Of a stretch of 64,000 nucleotides of DNA, positions 18,977 to 28,897 are shown piece after piece. Numbering within the stretch: the first letter of the stretch is position 1; every line of letters starts with the position of its first letter. Below the pieces are notes generated by a model. The model was not told the DNA's origin and made no database searches. It saw only the letters and a list, made by a program, of their open reading frames with translations. The translations under genes were made by a program, and so were the position numbers. The DNA is from Steroidobacteraceae bacterium (lineage in GTDB: Bacteria; Pseudomonadota; Gammaproteobacteria; Steroidobacterales; Steroidobacteraceae), in the NCBI GenBank assembly GCA_035604595.1, contig DATNIE010000026.1, positions 18,908 through 82,907 of the forward strand. The letters are read 5' to 3'.

Positions 18977-20872
18977 CTACAGCGGCGGCGGCGGCGGCGG
19001 CAGCGGCCGGACCTGGCCGTCGCTGCCGACGACCGCCCAGTCGAGCCCGCGTCGCACCCGCCCGCCGGCGTCGACCGTCAGCCGCCCGGTCATACCGGCC
19101 AACGGCTCGACGATCGGGCCGTGCGCATCCTTGAGTTCGGAGATCAGCCGCCAGGCGTCGAAACCCATCGCGAACAGCCGGCTGCGGCGGCGCGCGTTCC
19201 CGGGCCACAGCTGCTGCACGGTGTTCCTGAGCTCGGCGATCGCCGGATCATCGGCGATCATCCACGGGATGTCGGTGAAAGCCACGCCCTCGAGGTCGAG
19301 GTTCGCGATCGGATTTGGATCGTAGATGTCCGAGATCGAGTACACCGGCAGGTCGCCGGCGTAATGAAACTTGAGCTGCGGGCGCACCAGCCGCCCCTGC
19401 ACCGGCTGCCCGGCGAGGAACACGAACTGCAGGTCGTCGCGTCGCCGCGGCGTGAACTGCAGCGGTCCAACCGCGGCGCTGAGCGCGCGATAGCGGCGCT
19501 GGCTCTCTTCAAAGCCGAGAATCGCGACGATGGATTCGGAGTAGTCCGTGGTTCCGCCGGCGAAGCTGCGGGCCGCGACGATGCTGCCGCCGCCGGCCGT
19601 CAGCGCCGTCTCGAACGCGGTCAGCACGCGAGTGCCCCATTCGCCGGCGGGCACGAGCGCGACACCGACCCGCCGGCCCTCGGCGAGCAGACGCCCGGCC
19701 ACCTGGCGGGCCTCGTCCTCCGGTGCGAGCGCGAACTGGAAAAAGCGGCCTGGCAGCGGCTCGCCCTCCGGCAGCAGATTGAGCGCGAGCGTGGGCACGG
19801 TGCCGTCGGCTGCCCGCGTGACCTCCTGGACGTTCTCCTTGCCGAGCGGCCCGATGACGAAGCCGGCACCATCGGCGATGGCTCGCTGGTACGCGACCGC
19901 GGCGTTGTCACTCGCGTCGTAGATTCTGAGCCGCGGCCGCGAGGCGGCGTCCTGCAGGTAGTACGCCGTCAGGAAACCATCGCGCACCGCCTCGCCGGCA
20001 TCACTCAGCCTGCCGGACAGCGGCAGCAGCAGCGCGACCTGGGGAGGAAACTGCGGGTTCGGGGTGGCTTCGTTCTGCATGGTTGCGAGCAGCGCTCCAT
20101 TGGCCGGGTGCGAAGGGTACCGCGCGGCCCACGCGGCGAGCTGGGCGCGCTGGGCATACGGATTGCGGCGGCCCTGGGTTGCGATGCGGGCGAGTTCCAG
20201 CCAGCCCGCCGTGACCGGGTCCGCCTCGCGCGGCACGCTGAGACTGGCGCCGCGCGCCGCCGCAGCGCGCAGCGTCTCCCACAGCAGCCGGTCGCTGTCC
20301 GCACGCTCGGCCGGCGGCAGCAGCTGCTCGCGTGCGGCCAGCGAACGCACACCCTCGAAGGCGCGGCCGGCCAGGAACTGCGCGCGCGCCCGGATCAGCA
20401 ACACGCCCGCCTCCGCGCCCGGCGGCGGCGGCTCGCCAAGCGCGCGCAGCTGCGCCAGCGCCCGGTCTGGCTGACTGGCAGCGATCGCAAGCTCCGCGCT
20501 CGCGAGTCCGCGGGCGACAGCCGCGGGGCCGCGCGGATCGATGTGCGGGACTGCGGCGAGCTCCGCCTCGACACGCGTGGCGTCCGGCATCGCGGGCACC
20601 AACAGCCACTCATGCAGCGCGTGCGCGAGCGCGAGCGCCCGCGCATCGCCCTCAGCGTTCGCGGCGAGGGCCTCAAAGAGGCGGGCGCTGCCGGCGTGAT
20701 CGCCGCGCCGCGAGAGCAGCTCCGCGCGCTGCGCACTCGGTGCGTTGTCGGCGGCCGGCTTGACGGCCGCCGGCCCCGGGCACCCGGCCAGCAGCACCGC
20801 ACACGCGAGCGCACCCGCCGCCCGCCTCAGGACGGGCGCAGCGGAACGGTCGCGGTGCTCGGGACGTTGCAT
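18977..20872 (-). CDS. lpoA: penicillin-binding protein activator LpoA (LppC family lipoprotein)
   Basis: Lipobox LLAGC near the N-terminus when started at ATG 20872. TPR-like N-domain and periplasmic-binding-like C-domain. Divergent from rsmI, as in E. coli. Confidence 0.75.
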   Translation of the reverse strand: MQRPEHRDRSAAPVLRRAAGALACAVLLAGCPGPAAVKPAADNAPSAQRAELLSRRGDHAGSARLFEALAANAEGDARALALAHALHEWLLVPAMPDATRVEAELAAVPHIDPRGPAAVARGLASAELAIAASQPDRALAQLRALGEPPPPGAEAGVLLIRARAQFLAGRAFEGVRSLAAREQLLPPAERADSDRLLWETLRAAAARGASLSVPREADPVTAGWLELARIATQGRRNPYAQRAQLAAWAARYPSHPANGALLATMQNEATPNPQFPPQVALLLPLSGRLSDAGEAVRDGFLTAYYLQDAASRPRLRIYDASDNAAVAYQRAIADGAGFVIGPLGKENVQEVTRAADGTVPTLALNLLPEGEPLPGRFFQFALAPEDEARQVAGRLLAEGRRVGVALVPAGEWGTRVLTAFETALTAGGGSIVAARSFAGGTTDYSESIVAILGFEESQRRYRALSAAVGPLQFTPRRRDDLQFVFLAGQPVQGRLVRPQLKFHYAGDLPVYSISDIYDPNPIANLDLEGVAFTDIPWMIADDPAIAELRNTVQQLWPGNARRRSRLFAMGFDAWRLISELKDAHGPIVEPLAGMTGRLTVDAGGRVRRGLDWAVVGSDGQVRPLPPPPPPL

Positions 20873-20933
20873 GCGTCGATGCCTCCGTGCAGGATGCCCC
20901 CGCGCGAGTTCCGCGAGCGGCGGCCTAAGTATA

Positions 20934-21818
20934 GTGTCAGCCTCCGGCACCCTCTTCGTTGTCGCGACCCCGATCGGCAACCGCGGCGACCTGTCGGCGC
21001 GGGCGCGGGAGACGCTCGCCGGCGTCGACCTGGTGGCCGCCGAGGATACGCGCCACACCGGTTCATTCCTTGCCCAGCTCGGCATCGCACGGCCCATCGT
21101 GTCGCTGCATGAGCACAACGAGGCGCGACGCGTCCCGGAGCTGATCGAGCGCCTGAGGCGGGGCGCGCGTATTGCGCTCGTCTCCGATGCCGGCACGCCG
21201 CTCGTGAGCGACCCCGGATATCGGCTGGTCGCGGCCGCGGGCGCCGCTGGCGTTGCCGTCGTGCCGGTGCCGGGCGCGTGTGCGGCGATCGCTGCGCTGT
21301 CCGTCGCCGGGCTCCCGACCGATCGGTTCGCGTTCGAGGGCTTCCTGCCGGCACGGGGACCCAAGCGGCGTGGGCGGCTCGCGATGCTGGCCGCCGAGCC
21401 GCGCACGCTCGTGTTCTACGAATCGCCGCACCGCCTCGCCGACACGCTCGCCGACCTCGCCGCCGCGTTCGGCGACGATCGGCCGGCGGTGCTCGCCCGG
21501 GAACTGACGAAACTGCACGAGAGCATCTACCGCGATCCGCTCGGCGCGCTGGCGGCGGCGGCGCGGGCCGATGCCAACATGACCCGCGGCGAGGCGGTGC
21601 TCGCGGTTGCGGGCGCGCCCGCGGTGGATCCGGACGCTCCCGCTCCGGCCCTGGCCGACCGACTGCTCGCGGCGCTGCTACCGGACCTGCCGCTGTCGCG
21701 CGCGGTCGATGTGGTCGCAGAGGCGACCGGCGAACGGCGCAACAGGGTCTATGCGCGCGCCCTCAGCCTGAAAAGCGCCTCGCCGCCGACGCCGGATGAG
21801 TCCGGCTCGCGCTCTTGA
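20934..21818 (+). CDS. rsmI: 16S rRNA (cytidine1402-2'-O)-methyltransferase
   Basis: LFVVATPIGNRGDLSARARETLAGVDLVAAEDTRHTG is the canonical RsmI N-terminus. The GTG start at 20934 is inferred. Confidence 0.85.
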   Translation: MSASGTLFVVATPIGNRGDLSARARETLAGVDLVAAEDTRHTGSFLAQLGIARPIVSLHEHNEARRVPELIERLRRGARIALVSDAGTPLVSDPGYRLVAAAGAAGVAVVPVPGACAAIAALSVAGLPTDRFAFEGFLPARGPKRRGRLAMLAAEPRTLVFYESPHRLADTLADLAAAFGDDRPAVLARELTKLHESIYRDPLGALAAAARADANMTRGEAVLAVAGAPAVDPDAPAPALADRLLAALLPDLPLSRAVDVVAEATGERRNRVYARALSLKSASPPTPDESGSRS

Positions 21819-21843
21819 GCTTCCTCGCGCGCACGCCTATCGT
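21815..21843 (+). promoter_or_regulatory. candidate sigma-70 promoter of rnpB (TTGAGC-N17-TATCGT)
   Basis: -35 at 21815-21820 and -10 at 21838-21843, spaced 17 nt. The predicted start near 21850 coincides with the 5' strand of the RNase P P1 helix. The -35 overlaps the rsmI stop codon. Confidence 0.4.
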
Positions 21844-21849
21844 GCGCGC

Positions 21850-22258
<409 letters not shown>

Positions 22259-22475
22259 ATCTTTCCGCGCGCGGCGCGGCTCTCGTCCACGCGCCGTGTG
22301 AGACGCGTCACAGTTCCGATTGAACGCAACTTGGCGCGATTCTTGCTTGGTCATGAGACTGGGCCACAACTCCCTCGCGTAACCTGCTGATTCTGGCGCC
22401 GTTCGATCCTTCAGAGGGTTGTACGAGACAGCCGGTAAGTGTTTGTCGTCGCAGGAAAAATCCGCCCCCACAGCG

Positions 22476-22504
22476 TTGACCTGCCGAACCGATGCCCCTA
22501 TAGT
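22476..22504 (+). promoter_or_regulatory. Pmra-like sigma-70 promoter of the dcw cluster (TTGACC-N17-TATAGT)
   Basis: -35 TTGACC at 22476-22481 and -10 TATAGT at 22499-22504 with exactly 17-nt spacing, about 50 nt upstream of mraZ. Confidence 0.6.
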
Positions 22505-22512
22505 GCCGGCGA

Positions 22513-22538
22513 GTGGGAAAAAGTGGGGAGGAATGGGG
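22513..22538 (+). promoter_or_regulatory. MraZ operator: three direct (G/A)TGGG(A/G) repeats at 10-bp phasing
   Basis: GTGGGA (22513), GTGGGG (22523) and ATGGGG (22533) lie immediately downstream of the predicted -10. This is the same architecture as the TGGGN x3 MraZ site described for E. coli Pmra. Confidence 0.6.
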
Positions 22539-22556
22539 CAAAGCTCCATCGAAAAC

Positions 22557-23009
22557 GTGTTCCGCGGCGCCAATCAAGTCACGCTCGATTCCAAAGGCCG
22601 GATGGTCATGCCGACCCGTTACCGGGACCGGCTGCTCGAGCGTTCGAACGGGCGGATCGTCGTCACGATCGACCGGGACCAGTGCCTGCTTCTGTACCCG
22701 CTGCCCGACTGGGAAGAGATCGAACGCAAGCTGATGCGGCTGCCGACGCTCGATGTGCACGCGCGGCGCATGCAGCGGCTGATGGTCGGCCACGCGACGG
22801 ACATCGAACTCGATGGCCACGGGCGCGTGCTGCTTCCGGCGGAGCTGCGCACGTTCGCGGGTCTCGTGCGCGACGGAGTTCTACTCGGCCAGGGGAACCG
22901 CTTCGAATTATGGGACGAGGCGCGGTGGACTGCGCTGCGCGACGAGTGGCTCAAAGACCAAAAGCTGCCCGCCGAGCTGTCCGCCGATCTCGAATCGCTG
23001 TCGCTGTAG
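22557..23009 (+). CDS. mraZ: transcriptional regulator MraZ
   Basis: Two SpoVT/AbrB-like halves with LDSKGRMVMP and LDGHGRVLLP. GTG at 22557 gives the canonical FRGANQVTLD N-terminus (150 aa). ATG at 22533 is an alternative. Confidence 0.9.
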   Translation: MFRGANQVTLDSKGRMVMPTRYRDRLLERSNGRIVVTIDRDQCLLLYPLPDWEEIERKLMRLPTLDVHARRMQRLMVGHATDIELDGHGRVLLPAELRTFAGLVRDGVLLGQGNRFELWDEARWTALRDEWLKDQKLPAELSADLESLSL

Positions 23010-23072
23010 CGATGGCCGCGCGCATGCAGCGGCTGCATGCAGTGCGCAGTGGTCGTTGAGGCGGAGGCCCGC

Positions 23073-24011
23073 GTGGCGGAGGCAGCGGTGCCGGCGCACG
23101 CGCCGGTGCTCCTCGACGAGGCGGTCGCGGCGCTGGCGGTGCGGCCCGGAGGCACGTACGTCGACGCCACGTACGGACGCGGTGGTCATGCTGAGGCCTT
23201 GCTGGCGGGTGTAGGGCGCGGGGGGAGACTGGTTGTCGTCGATCGTGATCCAGAGGCGGTGGCGGACGCCCGGCGGAAGCTCGGCAACGATCCGCGCGTC
23301 AGCATCCATCAGGCGACCTTTGACCGACTGCTGGAACTCGTGGGTCCCGCAGCGGCCGACGGCGTGCTGTTCGACCTCGGCGTGTCCTCGCCGCAGCTCG
23401 ATGATCCCGCGCGCGGCTTCAGCTTCGGGCGCGACGGACCGCTCGACATGCGGATGGATCCGACGACCGGGCCGAGCGCGGCCGATTTCATCGCCAGCGC
23501 CTCGGAACAGGAGATTGCAGAGGTGATCGCTGCCTTCGGCGAGGATCGCTTCGCGCGGCGGATCGCGCGCGCCGTGGTTGGCGCACGCGCGGCCCGGCCG
23601 CTCACGACCACCGGCGCACTCGCCGCCGCGGTCGCCGGCGCCGTGCCGGCCCGGATGCGCGAGCCGGGCAAGCACCCCGCGACGCGCACGTTCCAGGCAC
23701 TGCGCATCAAGGTCAATCGCGAGCTCGAGCTGCTCGAGGCGGGGCTCGCGGCGGCGCTCGAGATACTCACCGTCGGCGGCCGCCTTGCCGTGATCAGTTT
23801 CCATTCGCTCGAGGACCGGCCGGTGAAGCGCTTCATGCGCCGTCACGCCGGGGGTGACCCGATGTGGCGCGGGCTGCCGGATGCGCCGCTCGCCGCCCGG
23901 CCGCGACTCGCACTCGTCGGCAAGGCCCGGCACCCCGGCCAGAGCGAGATCGCCCGCAATCCCCGCGCGCGCAGCGCCGTGTTGCGCGTCGCCGAGAAGG
24001 TGCGAGCGTGA
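23073..24011 (+). CDS. rsmH: 16S rRNA (cytosine1402-N4)-methyltransferase
   Basis: [17 protein letters not shown] and [10 protein letters not shown] motifs. GTG at 23073 is preceded by GGAGG with a 5-nt spacer. ATG at 23037 is an alternative. Confidence 0.9.
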   Translation: MAEAAVPAHAPVLLDEAVAALAVRPGGTYVDATYGRGGHAEALLAGVGRGGRLVVVDRDPEAVADARRKLGNDPRVSIHQATFDRLLELVGPAAADGVLFDLGVSSPQLDDPARGFSFGRDGPLDMRMDPTTGPSAADFIASASEQEIAEVIAAFGEDRFARRIARAVVGARAARPLTTTGALAAAVAGAVPARMREPGKHPATRTFQALRIKVNRELELLEAGLAAALEILTVGGRLAVISFHSLEDRPVKRFMRRHAGGDPMWRGLPDAPLAARPRLALVGKARHPGQSEIARNPRARSAVLRVAEKVRA

Positions 24012-24283
24012 GCGCGCGGTTGCTTCCGCTAGCGGTCGTGGCGCTGTGGATCGCAGTGCTCGCCTCCGCGACCGGCGTCGTGTACGTCAAGCACGAGGCA
24101 CGCACGCTGTTCGTCGAGCTCGAGAAGCTGTCGAGCGAGCGCGATCGCCTGAACATCGAGTGGGGTCGCCTGCAGCTCGAGCAGAGCGCCTGGAGCGCTC
24201 ACGGCTTCGTCGAGCAGGTCGCCAACCGGCAGCTGAAGATGACGCTGCCGAGCGCCACAGAAGTCAAGATCGTTCAGCCATGA
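24008..24283 (+). CDS. ftsL: cell division protein FtsL
   Basis: 91-aa bitopic protein with one TM ([23 protein letters not shown]) plus a coiled-coil. Lies between rsmH and ftsI. The GTG start overlaps the rsmH stop (GTGA). Confidence 0.8.
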   Translation: MSARLLPLAVVALWIAVLASATGVVYVKHEARTLFVELEKLSSERDRLNIEWGRLQLEQSAWSAHGFVEQVANRQLKMTLPSATEVKIVQP

Positions 24284-26010
24284 AGTGGAAGCGCACCGAA
24301 GCCCAGAGCGCGGCGCGCCAGTTCCGACTGCGCGGCTGGTGGGTGCTGGCGGCGCTCGCGCTCGGCGCCGTGGCGATCGTGGTCCGGGCCGTCGACCTGC
24401 AGGTACTGAAGCACGGTTTCCTGGCGGAGCAGGGCGCCGAACGCTTCATGCGCAACGCGAAGATCCCCGCGCACCGCGGGGCGATCGTCGATCGCTTCGG
24501 CGAGCCACTCGCGGTCTCGACGCCGGTGGACACCGTGTGGACCATCCCATCGGAGCTCGCCGCGGCGCCCGATCAGCTGCCGCGCCTCGCCCGGGCGCTG
24601 TCGCGCGACCGCGAGTGGCTGATCCGCCGGGTGACCTCGAACCTCGAGTCCCAGTACCTCGTGCTCGCCAAGCAGCTGCAGCCCGATGAAGCCGCGCGCG
24701 TCAAGGCACTCGACATTCCCGGCGTCTACCTGCAGCGCGAGTACCGGCGCTTCTATCCGGCCGGTGAGGTGACCGGGCACCTGCTCGGCTTCACCGGTGC
24801 GGAAGACCAGGGGCAGGAGGGCCTGGAGCTCGCTTACGAGCAGAAGCTCGCGGGCGAGGACGGCATCAAGCGCGTGATCCAGGACCGGCTCGGCCGCGTG
24901 GTCGAGAACGTCGACAGCGTGCGCGCCCCGCGACCGGGCGAGGAGCTGGTCACGAGCGTCGACCTGCGGATCCAGTATCTCGCCTACCGCGAGCTCAAGA
25001 GCGCGATCCGCGACTTTCAGGCGCGCGCGGGCTCGGTGATCGTGATCGATGTGTGGACCGGCGAAGTGCTCGCGATGGTCAACCAGCCGTCATTCAATCC
25101 GAATGACCGTGCGCAATTCGAGGTCGCCCGCTACCGCAATCGTGCGGCCACCGACATCTTCGAGCCCGGCTCGTCGATCAAGCCGTTCATCGTCGCGACC
25201 GGGCTCGCGTCCGGACAACTGACGTCGAACACCATCATCGACACGAGCCCGGGCTTCATCAAGGTCGGCACCAAGGTCATCGAGGACGAACACAACCTCG
25301 GCGCGGTCGACGTCGCGACGATCCTCGCGAAATCCTCCAACGTCGGCATGGCGCACATCGCCCTGTCGCTCGACCGAGCTGCGATCTGGGGGACGCTGAA
25401 CTCGCTCGGATTCGGCCAGGTGTCGGCATCGGGTTTTCCAGGCGAGTCCGCCGGTCTGCTGACGCACTACTCGCATTGGCGCGACATCAGCGTGGCAACG
25501 ATCGCGCACGGCTATGGCGTGTCGGTCACGCCGCTGCAGCTCGCGCAGGCCTACGCGACGATCGGCGCGCTCGGGGTGCGACGCCCGATGACGTTCCGCC
25601 GCCAGGAGGGACCCGTCGCCGGCGAGCGCGTGCTCGAGGCACAGGTCTGCCGCGACCTGATTCGCCTGCTCGAGAGCGTCGTGACACCGGCGGGCACCGG
25701 AATCCACGCCGCGGTCCGTGGCTACCGGGTCGCGGGCAAGACCGGCACCGCGTGGAAGTCGATCGCCGGCGGCTACTCGACCGACAAGTACATGGCGGTG
25801 TTTGGCGGACTGGTGCCGGCGGCTGCGCCGCGGCTCGCCGCCGTCGTCGTCATCGATGAGCCGAGCGGCGGCAAGTACTACGGCGGCGATGTCGCGGCGC
25901 CCGTGTTCTCGTCGGTCGTGGCCGGGGCTCTGCGGCTCCTCGCCGTGCCGCCGGACGATCTCAGCAACGTGCCGTCCGCGACGCTCGTCCAGGCGGTGTC
26001 GCCACGATGA
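24280..26010 (+). CDS. ftsI: peptidoglycan D,D-transpeptidase FtsI (PBP3)
   Basis: N-terminal TM and the transpeptidase motifs SSIK, SSN and KTGT. ATGA overlap with ftsL. Confidence 0.95.
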   Translation: MKWKRTEAQSAARQFRLRGWWVLAALALGAVAIVVRAVDLQVLKHGFLAEQGAERFMRNAKIPAHRGAIVDRFGEPLAVSTPVDTVWTIPSELAAAPDQLPRLARALSRDREWLIRRVTSNLESQYLVLAKQLQPDEAARVKALDIPGVYLQREYRRFYPAGEVTGHLLGFTGAEDQGQEGLELAYEQKLAGEDGIKRVIQDRLGRVVENVDSVRAPRPGEELVTSVDLRIQYLAYRELKSAIRDFQARAGSVIVIDVWTGEVLAMVNQPSFNPNDRAQFEVARYRNRAATDIFEPGSSIKPFIVATGLASGQLTSNTIIDTSPGFIKVGTKVIEDEHNLGAVDVATILAKSSNVGMAHIALSLDRAAIWGTLNSLGFGQVSASGFPGESAGLLTHYSHWRDISVATIAHGYGVSVTPLQLAQAYATIGALGVRRPMTFRRQEGPVAGERVLEAQVCRDLIRLLESVVTPAGTGIHAAVRGYRVAGKTGTAWKSIAGGYSTDKYMAVFGGLVPAAAPRLAAVVVIDEPSGGKYYGGDVAAPVFSSVVAGALRLLAVPPDDLSNVPSATLVQAVSPR

Positions 26011-27503
26011 ATGCCGCCTCCCTGGTCGACCATGGCGTTGAGCTCGCGTGGCTGCTGGCCGGTCTCGTTGCGGGTCCGCGCATCTCGGTCCGCGACCTCA
26101 CGCTCGACAGCCGCAGCGTCCAGCCGGGAGACGCATTTGTGGCGCTCGCGGGCCGCACGACGCACGGTCTCGACCACGCGCAAGAGGCCGTCGGGCGCGG
26201 TGCGATCGCGATCCTGTGGGATCCGACCGAGGGCCGGGAGCTGCCGTCGCTGCCGCCGGCCGTGACCACGGTGTCGGTGCCGGGCTTGCGCCATGAACTC
26301 GGCGATGTGGCTGACCGTTTCTACCATCGGCCATCGGTGGAGGCCGCGGTGACGGCGATCACCGGCACCAATGGCAAGACCACCTGCGCATGGCTGCTCG
26401 CCCAGTGCCGTGGATCGGCTGGCGCGTACCTGGGCACGCTCGGCGCGGGTCGCCCCGCGCACCTCACGCCGACCGGCCACACGACGCCGGATGCAGTCGC
26501 GCTGCACCGCACGCTGCGCGCGCTGGTGGATGACGGAGCCCAGCACGTCGCGCTGGAGGTGTCCTCGCACGCGCTCGACCAAGATCGCGTCGCCGGCGCG
26601 CAGCTGCCGATCACCGGGTTTACCAACCTGACCCGCGATCACCTCGACTATCACGGCACGATGGCTGCTTACGGGGCCGCCAAGGAGCGCCTGTTCCACT
26701 GTCGCGGCGTCCAGCATGCGGTGATCAACGTCGGCGACCGGTTCGGTCGCGAGTTCGCCGCGCGCCTGCCGCCGGGAGTGACGCTGACGGCCGTGCGGGC
26801 GGATGGTGCCGTGCCGGAGGGCGGGCGCTACGTCGTGGCGCAGCACGTCGACTGCCACGCCCGCGGGCTCGCACTCGCCGGCGTCACGCACGTGGGCCCG
26901 TTCCGCCTGCGCTCGTCTTTGATCGGTGCCTTCAACGCTGACAACACGCTGCTGGTCCTCGGACTGCTGCTCGCGGCCGAGGTGCCGCTGCCGCAGGCGG
27001 TGACTGCCCTCGCCGGCGCCCTCGCCCCGCCGGGGCGGATGGAGGCCTTCTCGCTCGGTCCCCACGGCCCGACGCTGGTGGTGGACTACGCCCATTCGCC
27101 GGACGCGCTGACCAAGGCGCTCGCTGCACTGCGCGCGCACACGACCGGCCGGCTGTGGTGCGTGTTCGGCTGCGGTGGCGAGCGCGATCCCGGCAAGCGA
27201 CCGCTGATGGCCTCGGCCGTCGAGGCTGCGGCCGACCGCATCGTGATTACCGACGACAATCCGCGCGGCGAGGACCCTGAACGGATTGTCGCGATGCTGA
27301 GCGGCGCGCTGACCGGCCGCGTGCCGGTTCACGTCGAGCGCGACCGGGCCAAGGCGATCGCCGGGGCAGCCGCGGACGCGCGACCGGGCGATGTCGTGCT
27401 GATCGCGGGCAAGGGCCACGAGGAGTATCAGCTCTACGGCACGGAGCGACGGCACTACAGCGACCGTGAGGTTGCGCGCGGGCTCGCGGCGGGTGCGGCA
27501 TGA
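26007..27503 (+). CDS. murE: UDP-N-acetylmuramoyl-L-alanyl-D-glutamate--2,6-diaminopimelate ligase
   Basis: Mur ligase P-loop ITGTNGKTT and a DNPR motif (ITDDNPRGED). ATGA overlap with ftsI. Confidence 0.95.
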   Translation: MNAASLVDHGVELAWLLAGLVAGPRISVRDLTLDSRSVQPGDAFVALAGRTTHGLDHAQEAVGRGAIAILWDPTEGRELPSLPPAVTTVSVPGLRHELGDVADRFYHRPSVEAAVTAITGTNGKTTCAWLLAQCRGSAGAYLGTLGAGRPAHLTPTGHTTPDAVALHRTLRALVDDGAQHVALEVSSHALDQDRVAGAQLPITGFTNLTRDHLDYHGTMAAYGAAKERLFHCRGVQHAVINVGDRFGREFAARLPPGVTLTAVRADGAVPEGGRYVVAQHVDCHARGLALAGVTHVGPFRLRSSLIGAFNADNTLLVLGLLLAAEVPLPQAVTALAGALAPPGRMEAFSLGPHGPTLVVDYAHSPDALTKALAALRAHTTGRLWCVFGCGGERDPGKRPLMASAVEAAADRIVITDDNPRGEDPERIVAMLSGALTGRVPVHVERDRAKAIAGAAADARPGDVVLIAGKGHEEYQLYGTERRHYSDREVARGLAAGAA

Positions 27504-28888
27504 AGCGCTCGCTCGCGCATTTCGCCGGAGCGATGGGCGGCGCGCTGGTCGGCGCCGATGCCGGGTTCAGTGCCGTGTCCACCGATTCGCGCACGCTCGC
27601 CGCAGGCGAGCTGTTCGTCGCGCTGATCGGGCCCAATTTCGACGGACACGCGTTCGTCGCGGCCGCGGCCGAGCGCGGCGCGGCCGGTGCGGTGGTCGCC
27701 CGGCCGGTGCCGGTAGCCGTGCCGCAGATCCTTGTTCCCGACACCTTGCGCGCGCTGCAGCGCGCGGCCGAGTCGTGGCGCGCGCAATTCCACATCCCGG
27801 TGATTGCAGTCGCCGGCAGCAACGGCAAAACCACGTCCAAGGAGCTGATCGCCACGGTGCTGGCGGGCCAGGGCCCGTGCCACTCGACGCGCGGTACGCT
27901 CAACAACCACATCGGCGTGCCGCTGACGCTGCTCGGGCTGGAACCACGGCATACGGCCGCGGTGGTGGAGATCGGCGCCAATCACCCGGGCGAGGTCGCG
28001 GCGCTCCTGCCGCTCGTGCGGCCGACCGTCGGAGTCGTCACCAACGCCGGTGCCGAGCATCTCGAGGGCTTCGGCGACCTCGACGGCGTGGCGCGTGCCG
28101 AGGGCGAGCTGTTCGCCGGCCTCGAGGCGGGCAGCACCGCAGTCATCAATGCCGATGATGCCTACGCGACGCTGTGGACGCAGATGAGCCGCGCGGCGCG
28201 GCGTCTGTCGTTCGGGTTTTCGGCGCTCGCGGATTTCCGCGCGGTCGGCGCGTTCCGCCGCAGCGGTCCGGCAGAGGTGCTGCAGGAGTTCGAGCTGGTC
28301 ACGCCGGTCGGCCGTGCGCGCGTGCGTCTTGCGCTCGCCGGCCGGCACAACGTCGTCAACGCCCTCGGTGCCGCAGCGGCGGCGCACGCGGCCGGTGTGC
28401 CGCTCGCGGACATCGCCGCCGGGCTCGAGCGAATGCGCGCGGTAAAGGGCCGCCTGCAGCCGCACCCGGCGCTGAACGGTGCGCAGCTGATCGACGACTC
28501 GTACAACGCCAATCCGAGCAGCCTGAGCGCCGGGCTGGAGGTGCTGGCAGGCGTCGCTGGCGAGCGCTGGCTGGTGCTCGGCGACATGGGCGAGCTCGGC
28601 ACCCACAGCCGCGACGCGCACGTGAGCGCGGGCCGCGAGGCGCGGGCGCGGGGAGTCGCGCGGCTGTTTGCCGTCGGCTCCTGCACCCCGGAGGCGGTCG
28701 GCGCCTTCGGGACCGGCGGGGAGTGGTTCGCCGACAGTGCCGCGCTCGCGGAGCGCGTCAGCACGCTGCTCGCGCCCGGCGTCACGGTGCTGATCAAAGG
28801 ATCGCGCATGAACCATCTGGAGCGCGTCGTCGAGATGCTGCGCGCGCCGCAGGCCGCTTCGCCATCACGCGCCGCCACGGGGAAGTAG
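27500..28888 (+). CDS. murF: UDP-N-acetylmuramoyl-tripeptide--D-alanyl-D-alanine ligase
   Basis: Mur ligase P-loop VAGSNGKTT. ATGA overlap with murE. Confidence 0.95.
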   Translation: MKRSLAHFAGAMGGALVGADAGFSAVSTDSRTLAAGELFVALIGPNFDGHAFVAAAAERGAAGAVVARPVPVAVPQILVPDTLRALQRAAESWRAQFHIPVIAVAGSNGKTTSKELIATVLAGQGPCHSTRGTLNNHIGVPLTLLGLEPRHTAAVVEIGANHPGEVAALLPLVRPTVGVVTNAGAEHLEGFGDLDGVARAEGELFAGLEAGSTAVINADDAYATLWTQMSRAARRLSFGFSALADFRAVGAFRRSGPAEVLQEFELVTPVGRARVRLALAGRHNVVNALGAAAAAHAAGVPLADIAAGLERMRAVKGRLQPHPALNGAQLIDDSYNANPSSLSAGLEVLAGVAGERWLVLGDMGELGTHSRDAHVSAGREARARGVARLFAVGSCTPEAVGAFGTGGEWFADSAALAERVSTLLAPGVTVLIKGSRMNHLERVVEMLRAPQAASPSRAATGK

Positions 28889-28897
28889 CGAGTCCGA

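Noticed and set aside
18977-21406. 809-aa version of the lpoA ORF extending over the rsmI 5' region
   Set aside because: The N-terminal 178 residues are Arg/Ser/Ala-rich and overlap rsmI on the other strand. ATG at 20872 yields a proper lipoprotein signal with an LLAGC lipobox.
22533-22556. ATG at 22533 as the mraZ start, with GGAGG just upstream
   Set aside because: The SD spacing would be only ~2 nt and the ATG lies inside the third MraZ box. GTG at 22557 reproduces the canonical MraZ N-terminus. The ATG is kept as an alternative only.
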